A DNA stretch of 64,000 bases from Histomonas meleagridis 2922-C6/04-290x (taxonomy: Eukaryota > Protista > Parabasalia): NCBI GenBank assembly GCA_020184695.1, contig JAANOX010000021.1, positions 1 through 64,000 of the forward strand, read 5' to 3'. The notes under the pieces are model-generated. The model was not told the origin of the DNA, did no database searches, and saw only the letters and a program-made list of their open reading frames with translations. The position numbers and the translations under genes are program-made. Shown here one piece after another: positions 45,456-57,259 of this stretch; positions within the stretch are counted from its first letter, which is position 1, and each line of letters starts with the position of its first letter.

Positions 45456-46517
45456 TTACAATCTTCCGTTGAGCTTTTTAAGCGCTTCTGAGATATTTCC
45501 AGATGTCTCACGAAGAGCCATAATTATCACTTTTTCATCTTTAAATCCCATTTTCTTAAGTTCTTCAATCTCATGAGAAAAACGAGCTTGAATAGAATCA
45601 TAAGAATTTGGGTCGAGAAGCTTTGGAAAAACAATTCGCATGTATGGATCTCGAGTACAACAAGGAAGAGGTGTTGTAGATATCTGTGGTTCGTAGTCAA
45701 GATTCGTCTTTAGAGGTGCCTCTTCGAAAAGAGAAATGCTTTGATCCTTTTTAAGGTTATGAATACTTTCAAAAATTCTCATTCCTTCGTTGTTGGATTC
45801 GATCTGAGAGTACACTACATCATTCATTGTTGCAATTGTAACATTCACATCGATGCAATCTGTTTCAAAGAGGTTTATAATCCTAGTTGCATCTGATATC
45901 AATTGTTGAGCAAATGAATCAATCAATGCAAATGATTCTAATGTTCTATTGTTGATGAGTTCTGTTATTTGTTCTATGAGTTCTCTTTGTTTGTTTGTTT
46001 TGCCTTCTTGAATTTGAGCTAACAATACGGCAAGCTTTCGTACAAGCTCAGCAGGCTTTTCTCTCCTTCTTGGGGTGTTAACTATTTCGCATGTTAATGT
46101 GTCTTCGTTTTGAATTCCGAAATATGATAATGAAAAGTCATTTGAATTGATGTTTTTCCCTTTAAATGATATTTTAAGCTGTTCTGCTTTTAGCTGTGTT
46201 TTGTTTGATATCATTCGTCTTATCTGTGAAATTGGGCTTGTAAGATTAATAAGAATTTTGAAAGAATAATCGTTATTGAAGATAACGTTGACCACCGAAG
46301 CTGATTTTCTGGTTAACATATATACTGTTGATTTCTCACAGATACCTATTTTTGACAAGACTTCTTGATTATTTAATTGTTTTCCACGAAATACCAATAA
46401 TTGTAGATCTGAAGCTACGAGCATTTCCTCTTGAATCCTTGCTTTAAGTTGGAATACATTTTCTTCGAGATTGCAGGCAATCGGGAAAGTAATTTCACGG
46501 AATTTTACAAACAGCAT
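45456..46517 (-). CDS. Tandem ubiquitin-like plus UBA protein (ubiquilin/Rad23-like shuttle)
   Basis: Two UBL segments (LLVFRGKQL, LKISFKGKNI) and a C-terminal UBA (ELKKMGF...ALRETSGNISEAL). Confidence 0.8.
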   Translation of the reverse strand: MLFVKFREITFPIACNLEENVFQLKARIQEEMLVASDLQLLVFRGKQLNNQEVLSKIGICEKSTVYMLTRKSASVVNVIFNNDYSFKILINLTSPISQIRRMISNKTQLKAEQLKISFKGKNINSNDFSLSYFGIQNEDTLTCEIVNTPRRREKPAELVRKLAVLLAQIQEGKTNKQRELIEQITELINNRTLESFALIDSFAQQLISDATRIINLFETDCIDVNVTIATMNDVVYSQIESNNEGMRIFESIHNLKKDQSISLFEEAPLKTNLDYEPQISTTPLPCCTRDPYMRIVFPKLLDPNSYDSIQARFSHEIEELKKMGFKDEKVIIMALRETSGNISEALKKLNGRL

Positions 46518-48452
46518 TTTGAGGATAACACCTTTTCTGAGTCGATTCAATTTTAAACCATTTAGATTGAAACACCGTGTTTGTTCAAAAGAAATCTATC
46601 AACCCTAATTTTTCATTCAGAAAACACTGATCGTTCGTGCTTTTTCAATATAACCTATTTGAATTGGTTGTAAACACGATACGGTTAATTTAATTCAAAA
46701 GTTCTAAAGGCTTTGGTGGCCACAATTTTCCCAAGAATGATATTTCTTAGAGTTATTTCAATTTTCTATATATTATGATTGTGGTGGAACCTTTTCTTCA
46801 ATATTCAATATAAATAGTTCTATATAGAGATCTGAAAATAAAGGAGGGACACGAAGTTTTCGATGGCAATATCAAACACAAAGGATGTGTATCAAAGAAA
46901 CAATGTGTTTATGTCACTTTTTACTGTACGATGTTTTTGATCAAATAGTTTGATCTATTGAATATTTATAGGCAATATAATGATTTTATGTGTTACTTTG
47001 TGATCTTGTGACAATAAAATAAATAGATTAATTGTTTATCGAATTTATGAGTTTAAATATAAATTGATAAAAAATGCTTAAATTCATTTGTATTCCTTGC
47101 TTATTCATTCATGCTTCACAGCGATTAAACGTATTAGTTAGATTCTAATATGGTTATTTTCATGAAAATTTTGTAAAATTTTTTCAAACAATAATATTTT
47201 ATATTTTAAATATATTTATTATAATGATTTTTGTAATGCTTGCATGCAAATAACTAACTGTTAACGATTTTATTATAAGATATTTCTATTTGTAATCCTA
47301 TTTATACAACGATATAAATTTAATACAAATTACAGACGATAATTTGTTCGGATCCATTGAATTTCACTTTTTGAATGCATTTTATTGAATTTTCCCCACC
47401 AAAAGCTGTTGTTCATTCTTTACAACGCACGAGGGCTTTGTAAATAATTTACTCAAAAGTGTCTTATTACCTGTGATAATTAAAAAAGAACAAGAACAAT
47501 GAAATTTCTGGTATTCCAAACAATTTCTTTATATAATATACCGAAAAATCCCCAATATTTTTTTTTTGAAACATTAAATAATTTAAATAAACATTAAATC
47601 AAAAAAATTAAAAATATTTATTTAAATTATTCAAATAGCGCGTTAATGCGGAATTAATCATTTCCTTCTTGTTCAATAAATAATTTAACAATTTATGAAT
47701 GACCTTTTGAGGTTTTCATCATGAGTGTTCATAATGAATTTCGTAATTTCATTATTGATTTACATTCCATTATCCCACAAAAAATGATAGAATTCTAACA
47801 TAAATATGTGAAATAAATTAATATCCTAATGCTTTTTTGTTATTAATTGCTTTAATTTTGTTTTCATTAAATTATTGAAAAAAATGATATTATTTGTTTA
47901 ACATATTTTTTCAAATGTTGAATGGTTTTGTTCCCTTAAATGAATGATTTCAAGATTTCCTCGTTTAATAGCTTGTTTAAGTGCATTAATTTTTTAGAAA
48001 AAATTATATATTTCTTCAAAATGATATATCGAACTGCAGCATTTTCTCTTTTAAGATAATATGAATTCAATGACTAATCAATAATTTATAATTATCCTAT
48101 GTATTTTTCTTCTTTTCATTAATAATATTAAATATTTTAAACATTTGCTATTAATAGTTGATTATGTACTTGGCTATGATAGTGATTTCTTGTAGATAGA
48201 ATAAATCTTCATAAAAAAATTAAACATGATACTCTATCAAATGTTATAAGCAATAAACTTACACAACCATGTGAACACATTCATATACATTGTATTTCAT
48301 TACATTAAACAAGTGCTTGTAACACAACAAATTTTATGCTGAGTCTAAAACTTTGTTTTGATTAAAACCCAAAGAATTTCTCAATTGTTTATTTCATTAA
48401 AAAATGTGCAAACGTATTCAATTTACATTTCTTTTTTTATTAAATACATGTA

Positions 48453-49988
48453 CTATTCAAGAGACTCAAGCGCTTTCTCCCGCGATCGCGCCGGCTTAGG
48501 GCTATCATACATCGCCGCTATTTGCTGGAATATGTTCACCATGTACTCGAATCCTTCTTGCGTTTGCTTCCGGACCTTGTCGACTATTTCTTTCTTTTGT
48601 TTCTTCACGTTGCTCAAGAACTCGTTCCTTTTATGGTTCGATTTCATGTAAAAGTTATATTCATGTGTATCTGTTTTGATGACAAATGCCTTTTCGACAA
48701 ATTCTTGAACTGGAAACTGTGATAGACGCACTTGAGTAAGTGGTACTGCTTCGATATAGAACAACTTTCTTGAGAACATTTTCCCTGAATGCTTACGTGC
48801 AATTAATAAAATATCACTCATCAAGAATATGCAGGAATGCTTAAGCAAATTACCATTGTTAGGATCAATAAACCTAAGCCTATATTGGCCAATGAATTTT
48901 CGACCTGGTTTAAGGATAGATATAAATGGTGGAATTTTGCTAACACTTTCAGCAATATTAAGAAGCTGTGATTGCGATGTCTGGTCACTCTTTTCTGCGT
49001 TCATCGTTTCGCCAACACTATGAACCATGGTTAATGCTTCATTAAAGGCTTTGTATTCGTTCGAGTCCGATGGGAAATATTTGAGAATGCGCTCAAAAAG
49101 TAGTTTATAACCGGCAATTCTTTGTGTGGGGAGGATCAAAAGGTCCTCAATTTCCTGGCACTTTGCACGTGGATTGAATATGGCTTCCCTCAAAAATTTG
49201 TTGAACTTTCTGTTCTTGTTCAACTTTTTGAGAAGAGCATCAGAATTTTCTGTTTGACTCAAAAATTGTGAGTAAAGTTGGCCTAAACGTGGAAGGAGCT
49301 CCGTAAAAGCATTCGCGATTTTGACGTATATTTCATGTGGTGGAAACGATGAACGAAGAAGTGGCGCATATTCATCCATGACTGAGAGTATACCATTACG
49401 ATGAGCTTCACAAATCTCATCCATATTTCCAAATAACTTACCAATCGAAACAGTGTCTATTAGTGGAGATTTGGATGATATAGAACGATCTAATGGCTTG
49501 TAATAAACTTCTTGACATATTTGAAGAGAATCAACATAGTTTCGTTCGGTTTCGATAAGTTCTCGAACAATACTCCTACGTTTTGTGTCTTTCAATAACC
49601 TGAGTTGAATAACACCTCTTCTGATAAATCTAGTTATAATTCTATACGCACGAACTTCAGTCATAGGAAGTTTGATTCGTCGGATTTCGTCTGTTGAGAA
49701 GGCAAATTTGGAATCAAGAGTTCCTTTTCTTGGTCGACCATGAGGTGATGTTTGGTTTGGTTCAATAAAATTTGGTTTGGTTCTGGGAATTGATTTTGTA
49801 CCGTGCTTTTTTTCTGTGGATTCAATATCTTCTGGTAATATAATCAATGGTTTCATATGAATGTCTCTTCGAGTGTTAGTTCTGATTCTCCTCCTTGGCT
49901 CTGAGAGAAGGGCATTTATATTAGGTGTCGATGACATCGTGCTTTTCGCAGGAGGTGAAGCGTCTCTTTTCGTTGGAGAAAGACGCAT
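48453..49988 (-). CDS. RhoGEF (DH-PH) protein
   Basis: RRSIVRELIETERNYVDSL, LLILPTQRIAGYKLLF, and a PH segment with IFLMSDILLIA. Confidence 0.9.
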   Translation of the reverse strand: MRLSPTKRDASPPAKSTMSSTPNINALLSEPRRRIRTNTRRDIHMKPLIILPEDIESTEKKHGTKSIPRTKPNFIEPNQTSPHGRPRKGTLDSKFAFSTDEIRRIKLPMTEVRAYRIITRFIRRGVIQLRLLKDTKRRSIVRELIETERNYVDSLQICQEVYYKPLDRSISSKSPLIDTVSIGKLFGNMDEICEAHRNGILSVMDEYAPLLRSSFPPHEIYVKIANAFTELLPRLGQLYSQFLSQTENSDALLKKLNKNRKFNKFLREAIFNPRAKCQEIEDLLILPTQRIAGYKLLFERILKYFPSDSNEYKAFNEALTMVHSVGETMNAEKSDQTSQSQLLNIAESVSKIPPFISILKPGRKFIGQYRLRFIDPNNGNLLKHSCIFLMSDILLIARKHSGKMFSRKLFYIEAVPLTQVRLSQFPVQEFVEKAFVIKTDTHEYNFYMKSNHKRNEFLSNVKKQKKEIVDKVRKQTQEGFEYMVNIFQQIAAMYDSPKPARSREKALESLE

Positions 49989-50142
49989 CTGAAAAAGTGC
50001 CTATGAAAACGAATCACTTTTTGAATCAATGTCAGAAAAGCAAATATTATTACAACAGAGCGGTTCCGCTCAATTACTTTGAAAATTAAATTAAGTAAAG
50101 TTAACAAATAAAATAAACGCCATCTTAGAACGAGGATAATTC

Positions 50143-50695
50143 ATGTGGCATTTTGTATTGTGGTATGGACAAGAGATAGTATCGGTAAATATGTAATAAC
50201 ACCGTAACTTTCCAATGGGTTCTTTACATGCGATCCAAAAATTGAAGATGTTTATGAATGTACCCTTGCATCATCAATTTATGATCAAAATGTTCTTCTT
50301 GACATTCTTGATACTGCATCATTATATGATTTTTCACCGCGTGGTAACTCTTATATCAATAAAGGAGATGGCTCTGTCATTGTACATACCATTGTTGATC
50401 GCAGGTAATCTAAATCTGTAGATTATTTTATTGGACGAATTATCTAAAGTAAAGCTCCAATTATTATTTGTGGGAAATAAAATCGATCTCGAAGAAACAA
50501 TCAATTGAATGTCACCTCGAGGTGAAGCATTGCTAAATATGGCATGCCATTTTTTGAAACATGTACAAAAAATAATATCAGTATCAAAGAAACATTTACA
50601 GCGTTTATATGTATGAATAATGAAGCTAAAGAATGTATTAACGAACTAAAGCATAAAAAGAATCGAAAAAATGAAATATGTAAAATATTTCAATT
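50143..50695 (+). pseudogene. Ras-family GTPase pseudogene
   Basis: DPKIEDVY, LLDILDTAS, IIICGNKIDLE, YGMPFFET with stops, frameshifts and a degenerate P-loop. Confidence 0.75.
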
Positions 50696-51304
50696 GCATA
50701 AATAAGCTTTTTTAAATAAAAAAATCAACACATAAAACATTTTAATTTTTAGAATAGACCATTCTTTATTGATTTAATCATTATGATATAATGTTTAAGG
50801 AGCAATTTTGTTTTCAACCCAACCTCTGTAAAAATTTTGATACACACTGCTAGTAACAAAATGGAACTAATTTCATGGAATACTAAGATTTTTATATTGT
50901 CTAACAATTGATTTTCATTATACATGTATCAACTTGTCGATGTATGAAATTAAGATAATTTCTTATAATAATATTCAATATTAATAAAGGTAATATATTG
51001 ATAACTTATATACGATATGTATTTCAAATTTGATATTGCAAATTATTCTTTACTAAATTAATAAGGAAATTTTATCCTTAAAGTTTTTTGTAAATCATAA
51101 GTAGAAGCTGATTATAAATTTATAAAAAATTTATCATATGTTTTTCTTCCAAATTTTATATTTATATTTATTATATCAACATGAAATAATCAAAAATTAA
51201 ACATCAACTTGGGTATATATGAAAATATATATGAAAAAAATGGGAGGCAACCGTTTACTTCTCCAATACTAAACGTTCATTGTACGTTTATTAGCAGTGT
51301 AGGA

Positions 51305-52876
51305 ATGAATGCTAATGAATTCAGAATCGATGTAAATTCTGAAATTATTAGTAAGGATGGACATACATCAAAAAGGTTGTTAACATATCTATTTACAAAA
51401 GAAGTTTCTAAAGGAACAAAATTAGATCAATTTCAACTTCAAATTACTGATCAAAACGATCCACTATTTTTATACGATTTCCAAATATCCCCAGAAAAGT
51501 TTCAAGAAGTGAAAAGAGAGCAAAAATTATTTTGTGATTTTACAGATTTTCCACGTTGCTTTTATGAATTGTTGGAAATAACTAAAAAAGAAAATAAAAC
51601 AAGAAAAGTTCTTATTGATGAACAAGAATTTAAAGTACCCACTCTTATGTTTCAACAAGTAACAGGCTTTTCATTAATTATTCATCTTCAACTTCCTTTA
51701 ATACCAGCTTCTGATTCCAGACTTAAATTATTTTTATCTCAACAAACACAATTATATAAGTCAAAATATATGGAAATGATTAATAAACTTGAAACAGAAC
51801 AAAATAATCGAACTGAATTATGTCAAAAATATGATAACCAAATAAAAGAATTAAAACAGAAAATCGAATCCCAAAAAGTGGAATTTGAACAAGAAAAGAA
51901 ACAAATGAAAGATCAATATGAAAAGTTAATTCAAGAAAAACAGCAAAAACTTATAACGACCAAATCAAATTTGGATCAAAATTTCCAAACAAAAGAACAA
52001 GCTCTTATTTCAACATATGAATCTCGAATCGAAGAATTAAGAACAAAGCTTAATGATTCAGTAATCGAAAACCATAAAATTGATGCATTATCAGCACGTC
52101 AATCCGAAAAACTTCGACTTTACGAAACGCAAATTACAGAATTACGAAATCAATTACAAAAAAGCGAAGAAGAAAAAAAGTCAATTTCAACAGAAATATT
52201 CGAAGAAACTAAAAAACGAGCTTCATTACAAGCTGAATTAGAAACATTAAAAACAAAATTCTCCAATTTAAGATTAGCTTTAGAAGAAAAATCATCTCTT
52301 GCTGAAAACACAGAAATGACAGTTGAAAATTTACAAACTAAACTTGCATTAAAAGAAAACGAATTTGAGGAACTCAAAAAAGAAGCAATAATACTTAAAC
52401 AAAAGGCAGATGAAAGAGATTGGATTGCTGAAAAGTCAAAACATGTTATAGAAAAACAAGCAACAAATATCCATACATTGATTGAGCATATTAATGAAAG
52501 AAAACTATTTATGGAACAAAAAGAAATAGAAATTAATAGAATGGAAAATCAAATTAATGAACTAAAAGATGAAAACAGAGGACTTTCATATACAATTAGT
52601 GAAATGCAAACAGAAGCCGAAAATTTAAAAGAAACAATTAAAACATTAAACGAAAAATTGGAAATGATTGAAAGTGATTCTAAAGCAGATAAATATATGC
52701 TTGAATTACTAACGCAACAGTTGAAAACAAGAAGAAGTTTAAAACTTAATGACTATGGTCTTGATTCCCTTAAAATGGCCAAAAGTTCTAATGAAAGTGC
52801 GACATTAAACGAAAATCAAAAAGATGATCCACTTGAAAGCGATGAATATAATCAATCGGACAGTGTTATTATATGA
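51305..52876 (+). CDS. SAS6: Centriolar cartwheel protein SAS-6
   Basis: ITDQNDPLFLY...FQEVKREQKLFCDFTDFP head-domain motif followed by a long coiled coil; ATG at 51305. Confidence 0.85.
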   Translation: MNANEFRIDVNSEIISKDGHTSKRLLTYLFTKEVSKGTKLDQFQLQITDQNDPLFLYDFQISPEKFQEVKREQKLFCDFTDFPRCFYELLEITKKENKTRKVLIDEQEFKVPTLMFQQVTGFSLIIHLQLPLIPASDSRLKLFLSQQTQLYKSKYMEMINKLETEQNNRTELCQKYDNQIKELKQKIESQKVEFEQEKKQMKDQYEKLIQEKQQKLITTKSNLDQNFQTKEQALISTYESRIEELRTKLNDSVIENHKIDALSARQSEKLRLYETQITELRNQLQKSEEEKKSISTEIFEETKKRASLQAELETLKTKFSNLRLALEEKSSLAENTEMTVENLQTKLALKENEFEELKKEAIILKQKADERDWIAEKSKHVIEKQATNIHTLIEHINERKLFMEQKEIEINRMENQINELKDENRGLSYTISEMQTEAENLKETIKTLNEKLEMIESDSKADKYMLELLTQQLKTRRSLKLNDYGLDSLKMAKSSNESATLNENQKDDPLESDEYNQSDSVII

Positions 52877-53205
52877 TGTCAAGAAATAATTTTTCTCGAA
52901 CAACAAAAATAATAATAATGAGTAATCAATTCCATTAATTTTTGGAAGGAGTACATAATAACATTTAGTAACTTAACTCTTTTGATTTACATATCTCATC
53001 AATTGAGTTAAGCACACACTTGATTTTGAAGTATAAAATATTTAGATCTTTTGGAAAATTCATGAAATATTCATGTTAAAATTCCAAAAAAGAGCTCTTT
53101 TTAAATAATGTATTTGAATAAATGTTTATAAATATGTATTTTTTGTATTAAATTGTTTGGCTGAATGTGCGATTTGAAGACGTTTATATTTAACGGTTTT
53201 GAAAT

Positions 53206-53880
53206 ATGAAAGGGTTTCTTTTCAAGATTATCCCAACAAAATCAGAAGATCAAATGGCCTTGCTAAATATAGTGCCATTTATAATCCTTATCCTAAATGT
53301 GATGAAGATTCATTCCAGTGCAGGTTTATCTCAAAATTATGTTTTATTTTCATGCATATCATCATTTTTATCCTTATTTGCACATTTTAATATTTCATTC
53401 TTTCTATACTTAATCAATTTTGTTGTAACATTATCACTTTTATTACTTGTTAAAATGAAGTATTCATTAAATTCAAAAACATTTGCGGATTCAAAACATA
53501 CTATCTTTATTATACCAATTACTGTAGTTCTTTCCTTGGTAGCTTTTTTTGATGTGTCAAACAGTTTCAAACAATTTTTGAAAAACATGAGTTTATATTT
53601 CAATTCATTTGCTTTGCTTTGTCAAGTTATGTTAACAAGAAGATCCAAGCGAATAACAGTTTTTATGGGATTTTATACTGTTTTCTTCATCACGAAGATT
53701 TTGGTTATTATAATACAAATTGCAGACGCTTTTGTTTTTTCTGGATCTACAATGTGGACTCTGTGGATTAACGGAATATTGACTGTCCTATTCCTTGTTG
53801 ATTTGTTGTTCTTTGTTTTATCTGCGAAGCAGAAGAATGACGACTATGAATTGCCATTTTCACAATTTAATGATCTCTAA
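53206..53880 (+). CDS. ERD2/KDEL-receptor-like multi-pass membrane protein
   Basis: Multiple TMs, SSAGLSQ, (D)SKH, SLYFNSFALLCQ resembling the ERD2 SxYLESVAILPQ motif; divergent. Confidence 0.6.
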   Translation: MKGFLFKIIPTKSEDQMALLNIVPFIILILNVMKIHSSAGLSQNYVLFSCISSFLSLFAHFNISFFLYLINFVVTLSLLLLVKMKYSLNSKTFADSKHTIFIIPITVVLSLVAFFDVSNSFKQFLKNMSLYFNSFALLCQVMLTRRSKRITVFMGFYTVFFITKILVIIIQIADAFVFSGSTMWTLWINGILTVLFLVDLLFFVLSAKQKNDDYELPFSQFNDL

Positions 53881-54243
53881 AAATATACTTGTTTTAGCCA
53901 ATATTAATATTGCAATAAATGTGCTCATTTTTATATAACTTTCGTCTTATTTAATTTCGATATTGAAATTTATAAATATATTTTTAAATAAAACGAAACG
54001 ATGCTCACACTTCATTTGACATAAACTATTTCTTTGTTAAGCACACGCAAATTCATATTATGAGTTTTTTTTAGAGAGTCCATCAAAAAATACGTTTAAA
54101 ATATCATATTGATTGAATGCGTTTTGATCGTAAAAGATAAAAAAAAAAAAACTTTCCATAACCAAATGATTTAATAATAAAGTTTCAAGAACTTTATCTA
54201 TGTTTACAAAACACTCTATAGGAAGCACGAACAGTGTTAGCGA

Positions 54244-54633
54244 TTACTTTTTTGAATTATTTTCAAAATTATCTTTATTTTTGAAAGGGATTTTCAAAAA
54301 TAACCCTTCAAATGTGCTTAATGGCTTGTTTCTCATTTTTGGAGTAATTGGGAAAAAGCGTAAAAAGTCTTTTTCGATATCAAACGAAAATTGTGGAGGT
54401 GTGGAATCTTTTTCCAACTGTGGTAAGATGTACTGATTATTACATTTTTGTATTTGTGGTAATGGTAGTTGATTAGGTGATTGAATTGTAGGTATTTGTA
54501 ATGATGGAATAATTAAATTTGGAGAAGTTTTTATTAATTTTCCGCTCATATCGAGCTCATATCTGTATTTAATATTGCCCATTTTATCATTTACTGTGAT
54601 ATACTTAATAAAGCGCTGTGGCTTTTTCCTCAT
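54244..54633 (-). CDS. Hypothetical protein (129 aa)
   Basis: Intact ATG-started ORF with a P/Q-rich middle; no family assigned. Confidence 0.5.
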   Translation of the reverse strand: MRKKPQRFIKYITVNDKMGNIKYRYELDMSGKLIKTSPNLIIPSLQIPTIQSPNQLPLPQIQKCNNQYILPQLEKDSTPPQFSFDIEKDFLRFFPITPKMRNKPLSTFEGLFLKIPFKNKDNFENNSKK

Positions 54634-55060
54634 TAATTTTGGAGTTTAAACGAGTTCGATTGAAATTTTTCATTAGAAGTTGAAAATCTTCTCTCAAAAT
54701 TGTTCTTTTCGGCAAATAAATTTCAATTATATTTTAGTGAAAACTATCGTAAAATTATTCAAATTTAAACTCTTTCACATTTTTGAGAACATTTAAAATT
54801 CGTGATTGGACGGATGTCACTCAAAAATTCCAGACTTAATATTCTGTCTTCTTTAAGATAAAACAATAATTCTCCAAGGCTTATTTCAAGACACCATTAA
54901 GGACACCCGTAATTAACATTACCAAGCCTCTTTTAAATTCATTAATTAAATATATTCTCGATTCAAAACAAAAAAAAAAATAATGAAAGATAAAGTTGAC
55001 AAAACAAAAAACTGCCTTTCGGCCGTTTAAAAAAACGTTTCACAGGGTGAAGTTCACCCA

Positions 55061-55822
55061 ATGGAAGGAGGATTCGATCTGAACGATAAGCTTCCATCCG
55101 AAAGCAACGAACGTCTCCCTGTTAACGTAGATGACTCTATTACGCCTGTTACAATCAAGCAATTATTGAATTCGAATTATAATCCTGGACAACCATTTCT
55201 TATCGATGGCGTTCAAAGGAAACAAATAAATATTGTTGGTATGGTCCACTCAGTCCAAGAAGAAGCAATTGCATCTTATTATGAAATTGACGATTCAACA
55301 GGAATATTTCAAGTTCAAGATTTTTCAAAAAATATGGAGTGCCTAACCCTTTCATTTCCAGTAGGTACCTATGTTTCTGTGGTTGGTAAGATATCAACAA
55401 ATTCACAAAATACTGGACCAATTATTTCAGCATTTTCTGTCAAGCAAGTCGAAGATTTCGATGAAATTCCATATCATTTTCTACACGCTTTGTTCGTACA
55501 TTTCTTTTCTCTTCGTGGTTTACCCCCTAATTCTTCATTTGCAATTGCAGAAAATCCTCGCAATCATACGGAAGCAAGTGACCACAACGAAATCCCTGCG
55601 CCACAAGAACAAGAAAATAACCAAGAAATGGACGAACAGTTAAGACCAAAAATTCTCGAATATATTCAAATACACAATTCCAGTACTGGAGTAAGTAAAG
55701 CAGAAATTGCCGGACACTTTGGATCAACATATTCACTAGAACGGATTTCCAATGCTATATCAGCCTTGGAATACAATGGTGAAATTTATTCGCCATCTAT
55801 CGATCATTATGTATTTTGTTAA
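55061..55822 (+). CDS. RPA2: Replication protein A 32 kDa subunit
   Basis: PVTIKQL, IVGMV, YEIDDSTG, YVSVVG OB-fold plus a C-terminal winged helix (GEIYSPSIDHY). Confidence 0.85.
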   Translation: MEGGFDLNDKLPSESNERLPVNVDDSITPVTIKQLLNSNYNPGQPFLIDGVQRKQINIVGMVHSVQEEAIASYYEIDDSTGIFQVQDFSKNMECLTLSFPVGTYVSVVGKISTNSQNTGPIISAFSVKQVEDFDEIPYHFLHALFVHFFSLRGLPPNSSFAIAENPRNHTEASDHNEIPAPQEQENNQEMDEQLRPKILEYIQIHNSSTGVSKAEIAGHFGSTYSLERISNAISALEYNGEIYSPSIDHYVFC

Positions 55823-56472
55823 ATAATTTGTATTTTTTGGTTTAATTTAATGTTTGTATGGCAAGAAAGCAGTATTTTGAGTTTTGTTGAGATATTTGCG
55901 AAAGGTGAAAATTGTTAATTCCTTTTCTTAAAACCAATCAACTTCTTAATTCTTTTTAAATTTTTCTTTAATATCAATAAATAAATGAATAGAGTTTGTT
56001 GGCCTTATTTTAGAACAAAAAATTCAAATTAAATTTATTATGTTTTTTTTAATTTGTTTCGAGGATTTCAAATTGTTCATTTAAAGAAAGAATTTATAAA
56101 TTAGAATAACAGGAATAAAGAAGTTGACGGGATAAAACTTAACATCTTATTTGATTTGATTAACAATGATAAATAACTTTATGATAATTACATTGATACA
56201 AGTAAATATTTCTATGTAATTATTAAGTTTTCGGCTTTTCCAAAAACTCCGCACTTACTCACATTTATTCTCCTATTTCCATAAGCAACACTAAAGAATC
56301 CAATTGTAGTTTTATTCTTCCTAACAGAAAATCCAAGTGTTTCTATTTTATAAATATTTCTTCAATACATTTATAGCACGCAAGAAAGTTCTTCCATTAA
56401 TTCCGTTTTATTTACATAAGAAAACATAAAAAATGAAATAAAAACATTATTTACAAACAAACAACAAATTCA

Positions 56473-57198
56473 TCAAACAAATGCAAACGGATTTACATCT
56501 TCCACAATTGGAAGGTATTTCGTGATTCCTTTTCCAATTAAATTTACTTGTGGCAATGATATTTCCATACTTGTTAGTTCTGGAAAACGGCTTTCAATTG
56601 TCGTCATATTGCTTGCAGTGAGCTTAATATAAAAGTTACGAAAGAAGTGAAGTGCAAATGCGATTAGAAACAAAAAAAGTGAAAGAATTAACTGCGATAC
56701 TTTTGAAGCTCCTTTGACTATGAAAAAAGAAATCAATAAAATGATGCCGCCGTAAGCAGAGGCAACGCTTCCATAGAAAAGAAGTAGAATAAAAAATTTG
56801 TAATTTCTGTATCCAAGACAAATCCCTAAAGAATCACAATGATGATCCATGTTTAAAATACAACAACCACACCTCGAACAATGATGACATCTTGGTGGTT
56901 TTGGCAAGTGACATTTTTTGCATAAAGAATAATTGGAAATTAAATCTGTTCCTCTTTTTTGAATTTCATCTGATAGACGGCCAGGATTCATGAAAAGTAA
57001 TCGAAACAAGATAAATTCAAAAAGAAATAATAATAAAAAGGTAAGAAACATTAAAAATTGACCTAACATAAAAATTTTTGAATTAGAATCCTGAATCATC
57101 TTTATAAAAGAAAGGCGACAAGAAGGTATTACAATTGTATAAAGAATAATATTGAAGAGAAATGCTCGAAAAAATTGTGCGCAAAACGATTTTTTCAT
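56473..57198 (-). CDS. DHHC palmitoyltransferase
   Basis: CKKCHLPKPPRCHHCSRCGCCILNMDHHC...GYRNYKFF with TM helices. Confidence 0.93.
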   Translation of the reverse strand: MKKSFCAQFFRAFLFNIILYTIVIPSCRLSFIKMIQDSNSKIFMLGQFLMFLTFLLLFLFEFILFRLLFMNPGRLSDEIQKRGTDLISNYSLCKKCHLPKPPRCHHCSRCGCCILNMDHHCDSLGICLGYRNYKFFILLLFYGSVASAYGGIILLISFFIVKGASKVSQLILSLFLFLIAFALHFFRNFYIKLTASNMTTIESRFPELTSMEISLPQVNLIGKGITKYLPIVEDVNPFAFV

Positions 57199-57259
57199 GT
57201 TTACTGAGACTGTAAACTATTGAAAAGAAGATGATGAGCTCAAGATTTACTTCAGTTGC

